Source: an uncultured Acidobacteriota bacterium (GTDB lineage: Bacteria > Acidobacteriota > Terriglobia > UBA7540). Taken from it: DNA of 64,000 bases. Position numbers and translations under genes: made by a program. Under the pieces are notes generated by a model. The model saw nothing but the letters and a program-made list of their open reading frames with translations, had not been told where the DNA came from and searched no databases. The stretch covers positions 1-64,000 of the forward strand of contig CAWDSK010000009.1 in assembly GCA_963804995.1 (NCBI GenBank), read 5' to 3'. Every line of letters starts with the position of its first letter. Position 1 is the first letter of the stretch. Shown one piece after another: positions 21,090 to 31,318 of this stretch.

Positions 21090-22193
21090 TCACTTGGGTG
21101 GGGCTGCCGCTTGTTGGATGGCCTGGATCAGTTCATCGTTTGCACCCTGCCCGCGCAGGTCGTTCAGGTCGTCGGCGGTGGGGGCGAACTTAATGCCACG
21201 ATCCTTGATGATCTCCACTATGCGCGCGTTAGGGACCCCGCCCTGGAGCAAGGAGACAATCTCTTCTTTGCTCAGTGCCCGGGGATTAGGAGGAGCCGCC
21301 TTGGGGGTGTAATGAACGGTAAAGACGAACTTCGCCTCCGCATGGGCCGCATTGGAAGCAGAGATTTGGAAGCGATTATCCCCCGGCTGAAGTGGCAGCG
21401 GGTCTGACCAGAACTCGGCCGCTTGGTTGCTTTGCGGCCGCATGTTGGCAGGCACCCCATTAATGGTCACCACGGGAATGCTGGTGCTATCCATCGTCAC
21501 GCCCCGGACAACCAGGGGGGATGCATCCACCTCGACGACCTGATTAGCCCCCGCACCGGCAGGGGTGGAAAGTATGATCGCCGGTGGCGCAGCAGGTTGG
21601 GGCTCAACTGGGGGGCTCACGACGGGTTGTGGCGTCACAGGTGGGGGCGGGGCGGGCGGAGGCTTCACCATATCCAGGACGCTATCAAAGTTTTTCAGGG
21701 CCTGAAAGATCGATGCCGTCCCAAAGGCGCCCTCGCCGGAGATTTGCATCGCTCCCGGCCCGCTGTGGATGGCGCCCCAGCGATTCTGGGCGACGTAAAA
21801 GATCATGTGCTTTTTCGCCGGGATGCGGAACGAAATGTAGCTCTGGACCATCTTGATTTCGCTGATTTCCCCGCTAGAGGCGGCGAATCCCTCGTTCGCC
21901 TTCCCGGGAGGTTCGACCACGCTGTAGCGGATTCCGGCACGTGTGACATCGAGCCATCCGTAGGAGGCGCTGAAGACGGACCAGCCGGAGAAGCTGGCGA
22001 TTGGATACCGCAATGTAGGGTCAGTATCGGCATTCAGGAGTTGCGGTTTGAGGAGAGCCTCAACGTTGGTTTCGTCAGTCTTCTTGCCGCGCTTGGCAAA
22101 TTGCCCAGCCGGCGCAACCACCGTCACGCTCAGAAGGATGAACAGGAGACAAACCGTGCGGCCCATCCCCCAACCCTGGAGGTTGAGGCTCAT
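21090..22193 (-). CDS. Exported protein, tandem paralog 4
   Basis: Same architecture; start MSLNLQ matches MSLNRG of paralog 3. Confidence 0.85.
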   Translation of the reverse strand: MSLNLQGWGMGRTVCLLFILLSVTVVAPAGQFAKRGKKTDETNVEALLKPQLLNADTDPTLRYPIASFSGWSVFSASYGWLDVTRAGIRYSVVEPPGKANEGFAASSGEISEIKMVQSYISFRIPAKKHMIFYVAQNRWGAIHSGPGAMQISGEGAFGTASIFQALKNFDSVLDMVKPPPAPPPPVTPQPVVSPPVEPQPAAPPAIILSTPAGAGANQVVEVDASPLVVRGVTMDSTSIPVVTINGVPANMRPQSNQAAEFWSDPLPLQPGDNRFQISASNAAHAEAKFVFTVHYTPKAAPPNPRALSKEEIVSLLQGGVPNARIVEIIKDRGIKFAPTADDLNDLRGQGANDELIQAIQQAAAPPK

Positions 22194-22364
22194 CAGGAAT
22201 CCACCTCCACCACTATCCGTCTCGGGAACTGGCGATTCCACAGCCCCTATATACCATCGGCGGAACGAAGATGAAATCTTAATAATCTTCAACCCAGCAC
22301 GAGGCCGGTCCACCTCGAGGCTGGCAGTACATCATTTCATTTTGGGGGAGGGAGGAATAGGGAA

Positions 22365-22530
22365 TAACCACCCCGGCGCCCCGGTGCCCGTATAACCACC
22401 CCGTCGCTCCGAGCGCCCGTATAACCACCCCGTCGCCTACGGCGCCACCCCTCCTAAATTAGGAGGGGAGCTCTTCATAACTCCCCTCCTCGGGTGAGGA
22501 GGGGTGGCGCCCCGAGCGCCGGGGTGGTCG
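22365..22530. repeat. ACCACCCC...CCCCTCCT palindromic repeat family
   Basis: accaccccgtcgcctacggcgccacccctcctaaattaggagggg recurs at 23328-23435 and 47282-47560. Confidence 0.8.
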
Positions 22531-22653
22531 TCCGCGGCGGCGGACTGCCGCACTCCAAGCCTATAGGAGTCCAGGCCGCTTACGGAGCGCAGCCGTCCTC
22601 ATTTAAGGAAGGGCAAAGACCAAGGGAAGGACACTTCTTCAGCCAGTGCGCCG

Positions 22654-23196
22654 TCAGCTTTTCGCGGGAGGTGCAGCCATGCGGGCTTGCATCTCGCGAG
22701 TCAAGTGCGGCACGATCCCCACGATCCGCTCAATAAGCATCAACTGGCCCCGGTGGTGCATTTCATGTTCTTTGACCGAAAGGATCATTTCGAAACGGCT
22801 CTTGGACGCGGGGGTCATCCCGGGGCGCATCTCAACCCGCTCGCCCAGGAAACTCTCCGTAAGCCCTTCGAGCCAATCGGCCCATTTCTTGCCAGAGCTG
22901 TGAAGCATCTCCAGCGTCTGATCCTTCGTCCGCTGCACCTTTTCTTCCGCCCACAAGCGCTGCAGCAGCGAGGCAAAGTCAAATCCTTCGAGCGAGGATC
23001 GGCGCTCCTGGCCGTGAATCTGGTATTGAAAACTGTGCGCCACGGCAATATGCGCCAACAACTCACCCACCGTGCGAGTGTTGGGGGCCGGCCGAAAACT
23101 GTATTTTTCTTCAGGGATTTCCTGAGCAATCGTAATCGTGTTTTTCCGGACGGTGCGAAAACTTTCGGCTAACTCCTTGCCTCCATAATAGATCAA
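22654..23196 (-). CDS. DinB-family protein
   Basis: IPEEKYSFRP, LLAHIA and HEMHHRGQL motifs; TTG start at 23196 with AAGGAG RBS. Confidence 0.88.
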   Translation of the reverse strand: MIYYGGKELAESFRTVRKNTITIAQEIPEEKYSFRPAPNTRTVGELLAHIAVAHSFQYQIHGQERRSSLEGFDFASLLQRLWAEEKVQRTKDQTLEMLHSSGKKWADWLEGLTESFLGERVEMRPGMTPASKSRFEMILSVKEHEMHHRGQLMLIERIVGIVPHLTREMQARMAAPPAKS

Positions 23197-23655
23197 GCGA
23201 TTTCTCCTTTCCCTCAACGGGCTTTCTTTTTCAGATGACGGGATGAATTCGAAGTATACCACGCTGCCCTGCTGATTGGCGCCCGCACAAGCTGTAGCGG
23301 CGAGTGGCGCCGACCCCGCTGCGGATAACCACCCCGTCGCCTACGGCGCCACCCCTCCTAAATTAGGAGGGGAGCCCTAAAGGAACTCCCCGCCTCAGAT
23401 GAGGAGGGGTGGCGCGCTGAGCGACGGGGTGGTGCTGATAAAACAAAGGGGTGGTGCTGATAAGATAAATGGGAGGTGCCACCAAAAGAGCCATTGTGTC
23501 CGTGCAAAATCTTTCACCTTGCTTTGTCTGCCCGGGTTTTGAGACTGTAGGGTGCGACCGACAGGCAGAAGCACGGACGCGCCTCAGGCGAGTCCCCTCA
23601 AGCGCCTCTCCTCCGCTCCACACGAACAGGCTGTCGGGATAGATGGGACCAGGGC

Positions 23656-24789
23656 ATGGACGAAGCCTTACTCTTCTGGATTGCGATCACGCGGATCGAG
23701 GGCTTGGGCATTCGCGGCGCGCACAAGGTCATTGAGCATTTTGGGTCGCCACAGGCCGCCTACATGGCGTCGCTGACGGAGCTGGAGAGTTGCGGAGTTC
23801 CGGCGCGGGTAGCGCAAGCAATTTTTGCTCAAGCCGGCATGAAAGATGCCGAAAGAGTGGTGCAGGAGGTTGCCAAGGCGGACTGCCGGCTGCTCGCCTT
23901 CGACAATGCGGATTATCCGCCGCTACTTAAGCAGATTCCTGACGCGCCCCTGCTGTTGTACGTGCGCGGCGATGCCAAGGTCCTTTCGCAGCACGCGGTG
24001 GCGATGGTCGGATCGCGCCGGCCCAGCGCCTATGGCAGTTCCGTGGCGCACCGCCTGGCCCATGATCTGGCGGCGCGGCAACTGGTGCTGGTCAGCGGCC
24101 TGGCACGGGGTGTGGATTCCGCTGCCCACCGGGGAGCGTTGGAGGCGAATGGTAAGACCGTGGCCGTGCTGGGCTCCGGCCTTGACGTCATCTACCCGCG
24201 CGAGAACAAAGGGCTGGCGGGGCAAATCGCCAAATCCGGCGCCTTGATTTCGGAATTCCCGCTGGGCACCGGGCCGACCCCGGAGAACTTCCCCATCCGC
24301 AACCGGATTATCAGCGGACTTTCGCTCGGCGTGGTGGTGGTGGAAGCGGCGGAATACAGCGGGTCGCTCATCACGGCGCGCCTGGCGGTGGACCAGAATC
24401 GCGAGGTCTTTGCCGTACCGGGAAACATCACCTCCGCCCTAAGCTTCGGTCCCAATCATCTCATCAAGCAGGGGGCGAAGCTGGTGGACCAGTGGATGGA
24501 CGTCGTCGAAGAATTCCCGGCCGAGGTTCGAATGGAACTTCTGCCGCCCTCCGAAGCCCTGGAAGGGGAACCGATTGGCGCCCAGGCCGCCACGCTTTTC
24601 GAAGCTTCACTCGGCCCCGACCAGACGGTGGTCTTTGGAATCTTGAAGACTGACCAGACGCTCTTTGTGGATGAAATTGTGGGCGGCTCCAAGCTTCCGC
24701 CGCCACGAGTTTTGGCCGCGCTGCTACAATTGGAAATGAACGGATTGATCCGCCAGTTGCCGGGAATGAATTTTATTCGTAAACTATAG
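23656..24789 (+). CDS. dprA: DNA-processing protein A
   Basis: YPPLL..IPDAP, VGSR, SGLARGVD, FPIRNRIISG and SGSLITA motifs. Confidence 0.95.
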   Translation: MDEALLFWIAITRIEGLGIRGAHKVIEHFGSPQAAYMASLTELESCGVPARVAQAIFAQAGMKDAERVVQEVAKADCRLLAFDNADYPPLLKQIPDAPLLLYVRGDAKVLSQHAVAMVGSRRPSAYGSSVAHRLAHDLAARQLVLVSGLARGVDSAAHRGALEANGKTVAVLGSGLDVIYPRENKGLAGQIAKSGALISEFPLGTGPTPENFPIRNRIISGLSLGVVVVEAAEYSGSLITARLAVDQNREVFAVPGNITSALSFGPNHLIKQGAKLVDQWMDVVEEFPAEVRMELLPPSEALEGEPIGAQAATLFEASLGPDQTVVFGILKTDQTLFVDEIVGGSKLPPPRVLAALLQLEMNGLIRQLPGMNFIRKL

Positions 24790-24928
24790 GGCAGGGAATC
24801 CTCGAGACAAGCTGAGGAATCAAATGCACGCTGGATGAAAAAGCGTGGCGTTTAGTTGTGAACGTCGAATTGAAAGGATTGAAGCTGTTAGCTGACTGGA
24901 AGTAGCGGGAAGCTTTTCATACTCACTT

Positions 24929-27346
24929 ATGGCTAAATCTCTGGTTATTGTGGAATCGCCGGCCAAGGCGAAAACCATCAACAAGTATCTGGGACCTGAC
25001 TTCATGGTGAAGGCCTGCATGGGACACGTCATGGACCTTCCCAAGAAGGATCTGGGTGTCGACGTTGATCACGATTTCAAGCCGACCTATATCAACATTC
25101 CGGCCAAGAAGAACGTCATTGCTGAGCTGAAGGCTGCGGCCGGCAAGGCTGGCGCCATTTATCTCGCGGCTGACCCTGACCGCGAGGGCGAAGCCATTTG
25201 CCAGCACCTGCACGACCTGTTGAATTCCACCCGCAAGAAGTTTTATCGCGTGCTCTTCAATGAGATTACGCGCGACGCGGTGCAGGAAGCTTTCGAGCAC
25301 CCCAGGGAGATCGATGTGCACCTGGTGGACGCGCAACAGGCGCGCCGCATCCTGGACCGCCTGGTGGGTTACCAGGTCAGCCCTCTGCTCTGGGATAAGG
25401 TGAGGCGGGGCATTTCCGCGGGGCGCGTGCAGACGGTCGCGCTGCGGCTGATCGTCGAACGCGAACGCGAAATCCAGGCCTTCCAGAAGAAGGAATACTG
25501 GACGATTACCGCGCATGTCGAGGGCAAGAAGCCTCCGGCCTTCGATGCGCGCCTGGTGAAGTTCCAGGGTAAAGACCTGGAGATTCCCGACCAGGCCGCG
25601 GCGGACCAGATTACGGCCGCCATCCAGGCTGCCAACCTGGTCGTGCAGTCGGTCACAACCAAGGAAAAGCGCAAGTATCCGGTGCCGCCCTTCATCACCA
25701 GCAAGCTGCAGCAGGAAGCTGTCCGCAAGCTGCGGTTTTACGCGAAGAAAACCATGATGGTGGCGCAGCACCTCTACGAGGGCATCGAGTTGGGTGAGGA
25801 AGGCGCCGTCGGCCTCATCACCTATATGCGTACCGATTCCACCCGCGTGGCTGAGGGCGCGCTGACCGCCGTGCGCGGCTACATCCAGAAGAAATTTGGG
25901 AACGATTATCTCCCCCCGGAGGCCATCCACTACAAGAGCAAGAAAAATGCGCAGGATGCTCACGAGGCGATTCGGCCCACGGACGTCGCGCGCACGCCCG
26001 AGTCGCTGCGCAAGGCTCTGGGCCCGGATGAATTCAAACTCTACAAATTGATTTGGCAGCGTTTCGTCGCCTCGCAGATGACCCCGGCGATTTTCGACCA
26101 GACCACCATCGATATCGAGGCGGGCGACTATACGCTGCGCGCCACGGGGTCGGTCGAGAAGTTCAAGGGCTTCCGCGCCGTCTACGAAGAGGGCAAGGAT
26201 GAGAAGGCGGAGATGGAGGAAGACGAGGAGCTGAAGCATCGCCTGCCCCAGGTGGCCGAGGGCGAGCGGCTGAAGCTGCACAAGCTCCTCCCCGAGCAGC
26301 ATTTCACCGAACCGCCACCACGCTTCAACGAAGCCACGCTGGTGAAGATGCTGGAAGAACAGGGCATCGGACGGCCGTCCACGTATGCCTCGATCCTTTC
26401 CGTCATTCAGAACCGCGAGTATGTGGACAAAAACCAGGGCCGATTCTATCCCACCGAACTGGGCATGCTGGTCAGCGATCTGCTTGTGAAAAACTTCCGT
26501 GACATCTTCGACGTTGCATACACGGCGCGCATGGAGGAGGAACTGGACGAGGTTGAGGAGGGAAAGCTCTCCTGGACCGACGCGTTGGACGAGTTCTATA
26601 AGAAGTTCAAGAAGGACTTGCGCATCGCCGAACGCGATATGGTGGATATCAAGGGCGAAGGCATCCCCACTGAAATCAAGTGCGAGAAATGCGGCAAGCC
26701 CATGGTGATTCGCCTGGGGCGCAATGGGCAATTTCTGGCGTGCACGGGATACCCTGAGTGCGATGGCACCAGCGACCTGCCGCCAGAACTCGCCGCCCAG
26801 TACGCCAGCGCCGCGCCGCCTGCTCCGGAAGTCGCCGCTGAGAACTGCGAGAAGTGCGGCAAACCCATGATTGTGAAGCGGGGGCGCTTCGGCTACTTCC
26901 TCGCCTGCACTGGCTACCCGGAATGCCGCAGCACCAAAAAGATTGTGATGAAAGAAGGAAACGCCACGGCGGTGGGCGACACGCCACTGGATGAGAAGTG
27001 CCCGGACTGTGGCAACCACCTGGTGCTTAAACACGGCCGCTACGGCCAGTTCACGGCGTGCAGCAACTATCCCACCTGCAAGTACGTGAAGCGCGAAACC
27101 CTGGGAATTCCCTGCCCCGAAAAAGGGTGTGCAGGCGAAATTGTGGTGCGCAAGTCAAAGCGCGGCAAAACGTTCTACGGTTGCACGCGCTACCCCGAAT
27201 GCAAATTCACCGCCTGGGATAAACCCGTCGCCGAACCCTGCCCCGATTGCGGCTCACCTATCCTGTTGGAGAAATATAAAAAGACCGGAGAGACCGTTCG
27301 CCGCTGCCCCAACGAAAACTGCAAGTACCAGCGCGAAGTGGCGTAA
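24929..27346 (+). CDS. topA: DNA topoisomerase I with C-terminal zinc ribbons
   Basis: IVESPAKAKTI, DPDREGE, SAGRVQ, ITYMRTDS and GIGRPSTY motifs; multiple C4 zinc fingers. Confidence 0.97.
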   Translation: MAKSLVIVESPAKAKTINKYLGPDFMVKACMGHVMDLPKKDLGVDVDHDFKPTYINIPAKKNVIAELKAAAGKAGAIYLAADPDREGEAICQHLHDLLNSTRKKFYRVLFNEITRDAVQEAFEHPREIDVHLVDAQQARRILDRLVGYQVSPLLWDKVRRGISAGRVQTVALRLIVEREREIQAFQKKEYWTITAHVEGKKPPAFDARLVKFQGKDLEIPDQAAADQITAAIQAANLVVQSVTTKEKRKYPVPPFITSKLQQEAVRKLRFYAKKTMMVAQHLYEGIELGEEGAVGLITYMRTDSTRVAEGALTAVRGYIQKKFGNDYLPPEAIHYKSKKNAQDAHEAIRPTDVARTPESLRKALGPDEFKLYKLIWQRFVASQMTPAIFDQTTIDIEAGDYTLRATGSVEKFKGFRAVYEEGKDEKAEMEEDEELKHRLPQVAEGERLKLHKLLPEQHFTEPPPRFNEATLVKMLEEQGIGRPSTYASILSVIQNREYVDKNQGRFYPTELGMLVSDLLVKNFRDIFDVAYTARMEEELDEVEEGKLSWTDALDEFYKKFKKDLRIAERDMVDIKGEGIPTEIKCEKCGKPMVIRLGRNGQFLACTGYPECDGTSDLPPELAAQYASAAPPAPEVAAENCEKCGKPMIVKRGRFGYFLACTGYPECRSTKKIVMKEGNATAVGDTPLDEKCPDCGNHLVLKHGRYGQFTACSNYPTCKYVKRETLGIPCPEKGCAGEIVVRKSKRGKTFYGCTRYPECKFTAWDKPVAEPCPDCGSPILLEKYKKTGETVRRCPNENCKYQREVA

Positions 27347-27379
27347 GCGCGGGGCGGCAGAGCAGAAGCAAGCGTAGCG

Positions 27380-29292
27380 GTTGCGGTAGGGATACCGGTT
27401 ACCCGGTACCCCCCGCACGGATCCGTACGTGCGCTGGTTAGCGCATACGGCTCTTATCTCGGATGTGTGGCGGCGAACCGTTGGGATGGCCAAGGATGCA
27501 CAACGTGCGGAGCAGGCAACCAGCAGGCCGCAAGCTTCCCCAGTCGGTCCCAGTTGAGGCGGTGGCGTTGACTGCGTTGACGCAGTTGTGTTCGCCACAG
27601 TCGGGTCAACCGTTCCCGAAAGATTCGCAGGCGGTCGAGGTTTCCCGGTACCGCGTGATAGTTGAAGTAGCCTTGCACGACCGACCGGAGCCATTTACCC
27701 GTATCCGCGATGGGATCGTGCCGACGCTGCCGGAGTTGTTGCTTGAGTTCCTGCAACTTCCCCCGCAGGCGCTTGCTGATCGTCTTCCGCTTCACGGTAA
27801 ATTGCCCCCTCCGGTTCTTCCCGCTGATATGCGTGAAGCCCAGAAAGTCGAACGTCTCCGGCTTACCTTCTCCTCTCCGTTTCCGGTAAAGTTCGGCAAA
27901 CGGCCCGAACTCGATCCGGCGCGTTTTGTCAGGATGCAGTTCCAATCCAAACTTCCCCACCCGCTCCCGGAAATCCTCCAGAAAGCGGTCGGCTTCCGTC
28001 TGCGATTGGAATCCAAGGACCGTATCGTCGGCATACCGCACCACGACCACGTCTCCCCGGGCGTGCTTCTTGCGCCACGCCTGCACCCACAGGTCAAAGA
28101 CGTAGTGCAGATAGATATTCGCCAGCAGGGGCGAGACCACCGCCCCTTGTGGCGTACCCATCTCCGTCTCCGACCATTCGCCTTCCTCCCTCACCCCGGC
28201 TTTCAGCCATTTCTGGATGAGCCGGAGAATCCGGGGGTCGGCGACGCGATGCTGCACGAACTTGAGCATCCATTCGTGGGATATCGAATCGAAAAATCCA
28301 CGAATGTCCGCGTCAAGAACGTAGTTCACGTGCTTCACCGTGAGCGCGTACGAGAGCGCGTCCAGCGCTTGATGCTGGCTGCGTCCCGGTCGAAAGCCAT
28401 ACGAGAAGCCCAGAAAGTCTTCCTCGTAAATCGCCTTGAGGATGGTGACCACGGCCTGTTGGACGATCTTGTCCTCCAGTGCCGCAACCCCCAACGGACG
28501 TTGCCGCCCGTCGCCTTTCGGGATATACGCCCTTCGCGAGGGCTTCGCTCGGAATGCTCCGCGGTGGACCCGGCTGTGCAGATCGACGAGTCGACCTTCC
28601 AGCCCGCTTTCATACTCCTGCCACGTCATGCCGTCTACTCCCGGTGCAGCTTTTCGCTTCAAGGCGTAAAAGCTTTCCCGCAGCAGATCGACCGTTAAGT
28701 GGTGGAGCAAGGCCGTGAACTTCATCTCCCTGTGTTCCTTCGCGGCTTTCCGCACACCCGCGAGTCCCTGGGACACGCGTGCCCCGCTCTGTGTCGGGTG
28801 CGTGTTAGGCCAACGGGTGTTCTCCTTGATCAGCGGCCTTCCCTCCTCATTCTCCGCCAACGGCTTCCCGTCTTTGTTCAAATGATTCATCGGTACTGTT
28901 CCGCTGTCCGACTCCTCGAAAGCGTGCAGGCGGGCTGTACGGCCATCGCCTTTTCCCGCCGTCCGGCCACGATCTACGGCGGCCGGCGCCTCCGAGGTCT
29001 CCCGGTTCTCGTGCAGAAAGTGTCTAGGCGTGTCTGGGGTCTACGACTACGCAGGACTGTGCCGGAACTCGCGTTGGCGTCCCGGCCTCATGTTGCCTTC
29101 CGTTTAGTCTGAAAACGTCGGCGTCCTGATTGGACATTTTCGAAGCTCAATACCCAGCCCACCTATTCCCCTGTTTACGCTTCACCGTGCGCCTCACGAC
29201 GCCCAGCGCAAAACTCGGGGCCGAGTGGATCGCTGCTCCTTCCTCGTGAGAAATTTTCATTCTCTGCTTTCTGCCGGTTTATCCCGGCGCAC
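27380..29292 (-). mobile_element. Group II intron, full length
   Basis: 5' GTGCG at 29292; D5 GAGCCGTATGCG..CGCACGTACGGATC, D6 and terminal AC at 27380; the flanks rejoin into an intact REP. Confidence 0.92.
27454..28890 (-). CDS. ltrA: Group II intron reverse transcriptase/maturase, no endonuclease domain seen
   Basis: APGVDG, RPLG, GFRPGRS, GTPQG, YADD, FDFLGF and GYFNYH motifs. Confidence 0.95.
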   Translation of the reverse strand: MNHLNKDGKPLAENEEGRPLIKENTRWPNTHPTQSGARVSQGLAGVRKAAKEHREMKFTALLHHLTVDLLRESFYALKRKAAPGVDGMTWQEYESGLEGRLVDLHSRVHRGAFRAKPSRRAYIPKGDGRQRPLGVAALEDKIVQQAVVTILKAIYEEDFLGFSYGFRPGRSQHQALDALSYALTVKHVNYVLDADIRGFFDSISHEWMLKFVQHRVADPRILRLIQKWLKAGVREEGEWSETEMGTPQGAVVSPLLANIYLHYVFDLWVQAWRKKHARGDVVVVRYADDTVLGFQSQTEADRFLEDFRERVGKFGLELHPDKTRRIEFGPFAELYRKRRGEGKPETFDFLGFTHISGKNRRGQFTVKRKTISKRLRGKLQELKQQLRQRRHDPIADTGKWLRSVVQGYFNYHAVPGNLDRLRIFRERLTRLWRTQLRQRSQRHRLNWDRLGKLAACWLPAPHVVHPWPSQRFAATHPR

Positions 29293-29935
29293 CGGACCTC
29301 CGTCGTTGAGGTCCACGGTTCTTCCTGTGCTATTTCATCAAATGCATCGTGGCAAAGCGCCGCCCGCAGTAGCACAGGCACTCCTGCCTGTGAATGCGGC
29401 GCGAGGTTCGAGCGCAACGACACAGCCAGGAGTGGCTGTGCCACAGCAAGCGTAGCGCGGACCTCCGTCGTTGAGGTCCGCGGTTCTTCCTGTGCAAATT
29501 CATCAAATGTATTGTGGGGAAGCGGCCGCCCACGGTAGCACAGGCACTCCTGCCTGTGAATGCGGCGCGAGGTTCGAGCGCACCGACACAGCCAAGAGTG
29601 GCTGTGCCACAACCAGCGTAGCGCGGACCTCCGCCGTTGAGGTCCACGGTTCTTCCTGTGCCAATTAAGCAAATGCATCGTGGCAAAGCGCCGCCCGCGG
29701 TACCACAGGCACTCCTGCCTGTGAAGGCGGCGCGAGGTACGAGCGCAACGACACAGCCAGGAGTGGCTGTGCCACAGCAAGCGTAGCGCGTCTCCGCCAT
29801 TGAGGTCCGCGGTTCTTCCTGTGCCACTTGAGCCAATGTATCGTGACGAAGAAATAGTTGCGGCGCGACCGTCTGAGCTTCGCGGGTTTGCCCAATGAAG
29901 AACCGCGGACCCCAAAGACGGGGGACCGCGCTACG
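29293..29935. repeat. Tandem array of GTAG-REP units (~165 bp)
   Basis: gtagcgcg starts at 29452, 29618 and 29783; each unit holds ggacctc..gaggtcc and cacaggcactcctgcctgtg hairpins. Confidence 0.88.
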
Positions 29936-30017
29936 AAATATGGCCGCGTACGCATGCTTGGATCTACACGGCGGGCGGTAGTTGTATGCTGGGAGCTGAA
30001 AGCTGAGAGCTAAGTAT

Positions 30018-30093
30018 GAGCTGGCTGCGGGGATAGGTGCTGGTGGTGATGAACTGCAACTGACCCGGCTCGAAATGGCGTTTGTAGATCGGG
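30018..30093 (-). pseudogene. N-terminal remnant of a REP-associated tyrosine (Y1/RAYT) transposase
   Basis: Translates PIYKRHFEPGQLQFITTSTYPRSQL, resembling RAYT N-termini; abuts a REP array. Confidence 0.5.
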
Positions 30094-30319
30094 ATAAGAA
30101 TTAGGCATGAGCAGAGACGTGAATCGCAGATCTGGGCTCGCTCTGCGCCACCCTGCCCTTCGGACATTATGGCACCTCGGGATGTCCCACATGTTGACCA
30201 TAGCGGGGCATAGCGAGCGAGGTCCCACCAAAAGTTCCTGTGCTGGGACATGAATTCCGTCCTGTTCCAAACTTTTGGCCTGGTCCGAGAGCCCGAAGAA
30301 AGCGCGTGAGGAATCCCGG

Positions 30320-31318
30320 CTACGAATGCGTAAGCTGCTCAACTTGGACCCTCCGCAATTCCTCAGCGGCGTGTTCTGGAAGAACGGAACTGTAGTAGAC
30401 CTCTTTCAGGAAGTAGGAATGCGCGGAGGACGGCCGGACCGGAAAGATTTCAAAGTGCCAGTGGAAGTCCTCCTGCAAAGTCTGCCAGTGGTCGGTGCGA
30501 TCGAACTTGGCGTGCAGGTTGGGTGTGGTGTGCAGAACCATGTGGTAATCCATGGTCACCGACTCCAGCCGATACACGATGGACTTGAGGAATCGTGCAA
30601 AGTGAAGCTGGCGATCCCAGGTGGTCAGATCATCCTCGAACGCGCAGCGGTGATCGGTGGGGAGAACCCACACCTCGTAAGGCACGCGTGAGGCGAAGGG
30701 GCAGTAGGCCACGAACTGGTCATCCCACTCGATGGTGCGTACTTGCTGGGTGATCTCCTGCTTGGCAATGTCGCAAAGCAGGCAGCGCTCCTTATGCTCG
30801 TAATAGCGCTGGAAGGAGCGCAACTCGTACACCACGCGGCGCGGGATGAAAGGCGTGGCGGCGATCTGCGAGTGCGGGTGGTCCGGATCCTGGCCAGCCA
30901 GCTTCCCCTGGTTGCGGTAAACGCTCACGTGGCGGAAGCGGCGATCCTTCTTCAGATCCACGATGCGCGAAACGAAAGCCCGCACCACTTTCGCAACGTG
31001 CTCATCGCTCTGTTGGGAAAGTCGCAGGTCATGGTGGGGACTTTCGATCACCACCTCATGAGCCCCCAGGCTGCGCATCTTGTCGTACACGCCCTCGGCA
31101 CGCCGGTGCGCGTCCCCCTCAATGCGGTAGAGCGGGCGCACATGGGGCGTCACACGCACATCCCACTGGCCCCTTCCATTGACGTGCGAATAGATGGTCT
31201 GCGGGGTCAGGGCCTCCTGCCCAGGGCAGAAGGGGCAAACGTTCAGGTCCGGCCAGGTGGTTTCGCCGTCTTCCTGGATAACCCAGTTCAACGAAATGGG
31301 ATCCTTGCGAAGCTGCAT
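30320..31318 (-). CDS. galT: Galactose-1-phosphate uridylyltransferase family
   Basis: LRKDP, CPFCPG.E, GAHEVVIESP, HPHSQ and HWHFEI motifs. Confidence 0.85.
   Translation of the reverse strand: MQLRKDPISLNWVIQEDGETTWPDLNVCPFCPGQEALTPQTIYSHVNGRGQWDVRVTPHVRPLYRIEGDAHRRAEGVYDKMRSLGAHEVVIESPHHDLRLSQQSDEHVAKVVRAFVSRIVDLKKDRRFRHVSVYRNQGKLAGQDPDHPHSQIAATPFIPRRVVYELRSFQRYYEHKERCLLCDIAKQEITQQVRTIEWDDQFVAYCPFASRVPYEVWVLPTDHRCAFEDDLTTWDRQLHFARFLKSIVYRLESVTMDYHMVLHTTPNLHAKFDRTDHWQTLQEDFHWHFEIFPVRPSSAHSYFLKEVYYSSVLPEHAAEELRRVQVEQLTHS

Noticed and set aside
24923..27034. 703-aa minus-strand ORF
   Set aside because: Antisense shadow of topA in GC-rich DNA; no motifs.
27463..28698. 411-aa plus-strand ORF
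   Set aside because: Antisense shadow of the intron RT.
27454..28890. RT as retron, DGR or defence RT
   Set aside because: Has a maturase region and lies within canonical group II intron boundaries with D5/D6.
29175..29955. Repetitive ORFs in REP arrays (also 57807-58471)
   Set aside because: Products of tandem palindromic DNA repeats; no protein features.
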